DNA from: Eledone cirrhosa
Taxonomy: Eukaryota
Direction of reading: 5' to 3'
Assembly: GCA_964016885.1 (NCBI GenBank)
Contig: OZ024743.1
Coordinates: 346,270,001-346,334,000, forward strand
Length of the DNA: 64,000 nucleotides
Shown here: positions 56,910 to 64,000 of the stretch, piece by piece
Position numbering within the stretch: position 1 is the stretch's first letter
How the letters are laid out: each line of letters opens with the position of its first letter
Made by a program: the position numbers and the translations under genes
Notes under the pieces: generated by a model
What the model saw: the letters and a program-made list of their open reading frames with translations, nothing else
The model's database searches: none
Told to the model about the DNA's origin: nothing

Positions 56910-58132
56910 GGTATATGTATGTGTGTGTAATTTGTCCAGTATCCAAATTCAAAGTATGTTTTCACTGTTGTAATAGACGCGGTTGTTTATATTCAGCAGA
57001 TTATTGCTGTTGAATGTAATCAGATGAAACCTTTGTCCGAAGAGGTACAAGTGAATCTGGTTTAATGCTTGCATCAGGGTGAACTCTACTCAAGATACCG
57101 CAGGTCAAGCCCTGTTATTCTCTCAAGATTCATTTATTTCCACATAACAATAACAATATCAAAAACGACAAAACCATCATCAAAATAACAAAATAACTAC
57201 ACTGAATAACAAACAACATAGATAATATCAACAACAAGCAACAACAACCTCAATCAACAACAACAACAAGTAACAGGTTTCCTTAACGTTCCAACAGCCA
57301 ACATCAAAATCATACTTCAGCAACAGTCAGGAAAGAGAATGTCTCATTTACTATTGTAATGTTTCATTTCTATTTGTCTCCCTTTATTTTCTTTCGAATT
57401 TTAATCAGTGTTTGAACTTTTCTTTCTTTGCTTTTGTCTATAAATAATCTTAGACTTATTATATATTTTTGCTTTTATTTCTCTAAGTATTTCTTTACAT
57501 CTATTCTTCTCGTTGTAATCCATTCTTTGCTTTCTCAACCATTTCATTAATTCTATCCCATCTTTTAGCTACTCTTTCTTTCTTTTCCCATACGTATTAC
57601 CTATTCTTTATCAGAGAAAATTCACTGTTCTGCCCTGCAGCCAACAAGCATGATTTTTCTCCCTGAATCTCCTTTCATCATCATCAAAACCAACAGTACT
57701 ACCACCACCACCACGAACAACAACAACAATGTAACCATATAAATCGCCGCCAAAACCACTATCCTTACCACCCCGAAATCCAAGCAGAAACTCCATACAG
57801 TCATCTCAGCCAGCACCACTAATATCTTTCACCTCGACAGCTACTTTACAAACAACAACAGTGTATCAACCACCAAAAATACCAACAATACCTCCAAAAC
57901 CACCAACAAAACTTTTACTACAAACACAACTACAACCAACAGCAGCAACAACAGTAGCAGCAACAGTAACAACACCATCAATGCAAAGAAGTGAAATGCA
58001 TTCGAAATGGTTGGTTACGGTTTATATGTTTATCATCAAATGTTAAAAGATTGGGTGACTTGCTATCGCTTTAACTCATGGATGATGAAGATGATGGTGG
58101 TTGGCAAGGCTGCGAAATTGTGGGCAATGGGG

Positions 58133-58225
<93 letters not shown>

Positions 58226-58846
58226 GGCATAGCTATCTATCTGACTATATGTATATTTGTCGCAATAATCAGTGTTGGTTGATCAAGGCAATCGACCAAC
58301 AAGTATGTAATCAGGCGGAGGCACTCGACATCGTGTATGCCATGGAATCAGACGGAATATCAACATTAAGAAAAAAAAGAGGGACAACATCATATAATGT
58401 ACATCAGTGTATTTCATTACAGCCTCCTGTTATGTACTTTTTAAAGGATGAATTTATTTTTATTGAAGAGATATTGAGAAACAGGTGTTTAAATGCAATT
58501 AAAATAGATTTTATTTTTGTTTTTGAAATGCCTACCATTGAAGATGTATTTACACTTCAATATCCGGCATTGAAATTCAAACATCTATTCAGTGGTAGAC
58601 ATATCAAAAGAAAAAAACTTCATCCTTATTTACACTTGAACTCCTGTCTAACCACACACAGTACATGAACAACTGTTGAGTAACGACATTTTGATACCTA
58701 TGAAATATACATACCTGGATGATGTCATAAAATAAACTGATGTTGAAAATGCGCTACCATCTCTCTTTTATTTCTTAGTAGCTATATATATATACACACA
58801 CACATACACTTATAGTTTATCGCTCTAAATGGTTGAATACAATAAA

Positions 58847-59083
58847 TGTAATCTGAGTTTTTCGAATATTAATAATAATATTCGATTCGTTTGCAATTAT
58901 GCAAACAGCCTCTTTAAAGCGCGATGAAGAAGTATAATACTCAGAAACACTAGTCCCTGCAGTTCTGTCAGTACAAGAGCAAGAATGACGGCGCCATTAT
59001 ACTGACATGGCTTTAAAGAGGCTGTTTGCATAATTGCAAACGAATCGAATATTATTATTAATATTCGAAAAACTCAGATTACA
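58847..59083. mobile_element. Inverted-repeat element, family B: perfect 74 bp arms, 89 bp spacer
   Basis: 58847-58920 is the exact reverse complement of 59010-59083. Confidence 0.92.
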
Positions 59084-59142
59084 CCCCCACCCCCACACAC
59101 ACATATATATATATGTATATATGTATATATATATATATATGA

Positions 59143-59232
59143 GAGACGTAAAATAAGAAAATTATAAAATGAACTTACTTACTAAAATTTTAGTAAGTAA
59201 GTTAATTTTATAATTTTCTTATTTTACGTCTC
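59143..59232. repeat. 90 bp loop-less palindrome (1 mismatch)
   Basis: GAGACGTAAAATAAGAAAATTATAAAAT.AACTTACTTACTAAAA|TTTTAGTAAGTAAGTT.ATTTTATAATTTTCTTATTTTACGTCTC. Confidence 0.92.
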
Positions 59233-59347
59233 ATATTATTGTTCTGCATCCCCTTGCATTGAACCACAAAGTTACTAAGACAAAACCTATATATTTGCTA
59301 GCATAAGTATGCATCTGTGTATATATATGTTACTAGATATACTAATT

Positions 59348-59401
<54 letters not shown>

Positions 59402-59905
59402 TATGAATGTAAAAAGCTTACCCGGACCCACTAGAAAGATGGTAAATCTAGCTTCTTGGGTTTCTGTAAATCCTTAAATCGCCCACTATCAGCCCACATA
59501 AAAATATATAAGACTTCTAGGGAGCGGCGGACAGGAAATCCTTTATCAACGAGCTTTGTCCAAACGAATAAAAAAGCACAACCCTAGCTGAAAACGCACA
59601 TGGAATCCAGCAAGGGAGAAAACCTCTATATCCGCGAAAAATATTCGGGAATGTAGAAAATCACGTATCGAATAAGAGTGCTCAATAGACATGTTAAAAT
59701 AAACAGGAGCTATTCATCATTTAATAGAATCGACAAAAAATGAACAATAAAATTAACTGGTCAATAGCTAAGTCTAGAGCTAAATATAGTAGAATAATCG
59801 AGTATCGGAAAATCGGCGCACGAGTTCACGATAAAGAAAATTCGACATGAGTGGCAGAGGGCTCAATAATTCAGATAAATCAGAGCTATAACTATCGTTA
59901 AAATA

Positions 59906-59972
<67 letters not shown>

Positions 59973-60347
59973 CTTCAACTACTACTAGTAGTAGTATCAA
60001 CAACATTAACAGCACAACAACACAATTACCAATACTTAAGCCAAACACAGACTTCATTAATGTTGATCTGAAATTAAACAACAAGACCAAAAAAAAAAAT
60101 GTAACAGGCATCACCCAGCCATAAAAGACACCAACACCACCACATCAATCAGGCTTATCAACACAAACGTCACCAACTCCACCACCACCAACACTACCAT
60201 CAAAATCACAACCAGTACAACCATGACCACCATGACTATCATCATCACAACCAATATCACCACCATTGCACTCACCACCGCCTTTCACACCACTAACTCA
60301 AAAATCCCAATCCTCAACACTCTTCGCGGCACCTCTAACACCGACAA

Positions 60348-60407
60348 TGGTAGTAGAAGTAGTGGTGGTAGTAGTAGTAGTGGTGGAAATGGTGGTGGTG
60401 GTGGTAT

Positions 60408-60439
<32 letters not shown>

Positions 60440-60488
60440 GTAGTATTAGTAGAGGTGGTGGTGGTAATGGTGGTGGTGGTATTAGAAA

Positions 60489-60523
<35 letters not shown>

Positions 60524-60539
60524 ATGGTGGTGGTGGTAT

Positions 60540-60580
<41 letters not shown>

Positions 60581-60596
60581 ATGGTGGTGGTGGTAT

Positions 60597-60629
<33 letters not shown>

Positions 60630-60630
60630 C
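60348..60630. repeat. (AGT)n/(GGT)n compound microsatellite with higher-order units
   Basis: AATGGTGGTGGTGGTATTAG(TAG)n repeated about 4 times. Confidence 0.9.
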
Positions 60631-61251
60631 GCCATCAGCAATTGCAACAATGGTATTAACAACGGCAATAACATCATATGAACTACACTACTACTGACTA
60701 CATCAACACTATCATGCCTAACATCAACACCACCACCATCAACACCACAACCATCAACACCACAACCAGCATCATCATCATCATAATCATGGAGAACAAC
60801 AACAGCAAATGTAACGGTAAAAAGAGCAACAATGGCGTCGATATGGGCAAGGATTACAAAAACAACGGCAACGATATTAGAAGTGAAGTTAACAGCACGA
60901 ACAAGAACAGCAATACGAGAAAAAATGTAAGGAACAACAACAGTAACAACAACATCAACACCAATTAAATCAACCTTAATAAAATCAACAAAAATTAAAA
61001 CAGCCATCGCAAATACAATAACAATTATAACTACTACAACAAAAATATCAACAATTATAAGAATCTAAGAAGGAAGTTACTGTAACATTTACAACAGCAA
61101 CATTGCAGCAAAACAACTAAATCTGGCGACACCAGTACCGCCCTCTATCTTACATATTTCCATTACAAATCCTACGCCTCTTTCACACCCAGTCCATTCA
61201 AGCACGTAGTAATATATACATAAGCACACATACAAATATATATAAACGTAG

Positions 61252-61367
<116 letters not shown>

Positions 61368-61844
61368 ACGTGCGGAAGGGTGTGTATATGTATAACTTAT
61401 GTTAGAAAATTTTCCATTTTTATATTTTTTTCTTTTTATATATAATTATATAACTTTTTAGTGTTTTTATATATTTAATTTTTGAATCTTTCAACCTGTC
61501 GATTAAGAAGTAATTGTGTGCCCCTAGAAATGAATTCTCGGAATAAAAGGATACAAGCTACAACAACAAAATCTACAAAAGCAACAAGAATAACAATAAG
61601 AATAACAACAGAAGCAGCAATAACAGCAATAAAAACAGAAACAACGACAGCATAAGCAATAGCAATATGGAAGACGCAGAAAATGGTACTGATATAATTG
61701 TTTGCATTTTTGTTCATTATTTTTTGGCTTATGAATGCATGTGTATATGCATGACTATAGCAGAATGCATGTATGTAAGTACGTAGGTATGACTCTTTGC
61801 CTCTTTATCATATGTATATGTGTGTGAATAATATATATGTACAC

Positions 61845-62275
<431 letters not shown>

Positions 62276-62585
62276 GTCTCTAGTGAAATTCAATAAGATG
62301 ATGTGATGAAGTTGGCATCAACGCATTCCCTGATATTCCTTCCTACTAGTCATATATATTTTTATTTTTATTAAATATTTCTTGGTGTATTTTACCTTCT
62401 TTTTAATACCTATTTCACTTCATTCAACATTTTTAATTACTCGTCATCCATCTATATATACATACCTTTTCTCCCTATACATTGTTACACCCACACGCGT
62501 GAAACGTACCCACAACCACACAAATGAACACACACACAAAGCGTAGACATATATATATAATCACATTAATGCATGTATATATATA

Positions 62586-62636
<51 letters not shown>

Positions 62637-62870
62637 TACATATATAAAAATATAACACTATAATACTATAATTATTCACACTCAGATTCTCTCTAACACA
62701 CATCGAAAACATGGATACACACAAAGTCTTACAAATACACACACACACACACACACACGCATATATATATACATATATATTTATATATATATATATTTAT
62801 ATATATCTATATATGTTTGTATATATGTTTATATATATATATATTTATATATATATATATATGTATATAC

Positions 62871-62927
<57 letters not shown>

Positions 62928-62930
62928 CAT

Positions 62931-62975
<45 letters not shown>

Positions 62976-63005
62976 TATATATATTTGTATATATATATAT
63001 ATGTT

Positions 63006-63036
<31 letters not shown>

Positions 63037-63755
63037 GTGTGTGTGCGTGTGTGTCTCTTCGTGTGTATGTGTGTGTGACTTTATGTGTATGACTTCTTTA
63101 ATACACATATATATTTATATATTCGATGCCAGGTATATGTATGTTACACCATTGTTCACCTCCCGGTTCCTTTCACACTTTCACTGCGGAATCTTCCAAA
63201 GCTGCGCAATGTTTCAGTTAGTTTTGCGTTCATCTTTTTGTTGTGCCTACCTTTTGTTAACAGCGGAAAGACATGCAACGTTTGCTAGAGGCTATATAAA
63301 TATAAATAAAGGATGACTTCAGTTGTTGTTTCTTTATTATGCCGATGTTTATTGGTTTGTTTGTTTGCCTGTTTATTTCTGTATTGTTGTGTATATGTAT
63401 GTGTGTGTGTTGGTGTGTGTTGGTGTATGTTTGTGTTTTGAGTGAGAGAGAGAAAGAGAAAGAGGAAGTAAGTGCAAGAAAGAGAGATCGAAAGAGAGAG
63501 TAAAAGAGAGAGGAGGGAGAGTTTCCTTGCACTTGTGTGAGCACACATGTGGGTGGTTTCTGCATCTACTAACTTAGTATGAGTGTATATATCTGTCCTT
63601 TTCTATATAATTATATAAACGTGTGTGTCTGTGGTATATTTTATTAGCTAGAATTTTGAAAGTGTTACTTAGCGACATAGAGTTTCTCTTCATACTCTAT
63701 ATGCACAGTTGTAAATACTCAGTTCCTTTCCCTGCTTTTAAAAACCAAATATGCT

Positions 63756-63815
<60 letters not shown>

Positions 63816-63899
63816 TCATCATCATCATCATCGTTTAACGTCTGTCTTCCATGTTAGCATGGGTTTATATATATATGTATATATATATATATATATATG

Positions 63900-64000
<101 letters not shown>

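Noticed and set aside
58078-58668. 196 aa ORF
   Set aside because: It runs through a (TA)n tract and the remainder has no recognisable domain

Overview
AT-rich animal genomic DNA packed with microsatellites. It is most likely a cephalopod (octopod); this is inferred from the tRNA-headed Meta-domain SINEs and the extreme (TA)n/(CA)n/(AGT)n/(CAT)n density. I see no host protein-coding exon, and almost all long ORFs in the track are microsatellite artefacts. The recognisable content is decayed mobile DNA: RTE, L1/Tx1, CR1-group, CRE-like and R4/Dong-like non-LTR fragments, two Penelope-like (GIY-YIG) elements, one non-autonomous Helitron and about 15 SINE copies. The most interesting layer is non-coding. 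At least 7 well-formed, plus several degenerate, minimal type I hammerhead ribozyme motifs (CUGANGA...GAAA-short, often palindromic, stem III-UH) sit in Penelope 3' ends and in short non-coding elements next to (TA)n tracts. About 10 long fold-back inverted repeats also occur. Several of these carry the hammerhead motif on both arms pointing outward, or in the loop, and one family shows arm-symmetric differences between copies. Together they suggest a (TA)n-targeted, ribozyme-carrying, Penelope-dependent family of fold-back elements (inference, not tested). One RTE-type LINE shows a clean twin-priming inversion primed from (TA)n. All calls are from reading the sequence by eye; no searches or folding programs were run.
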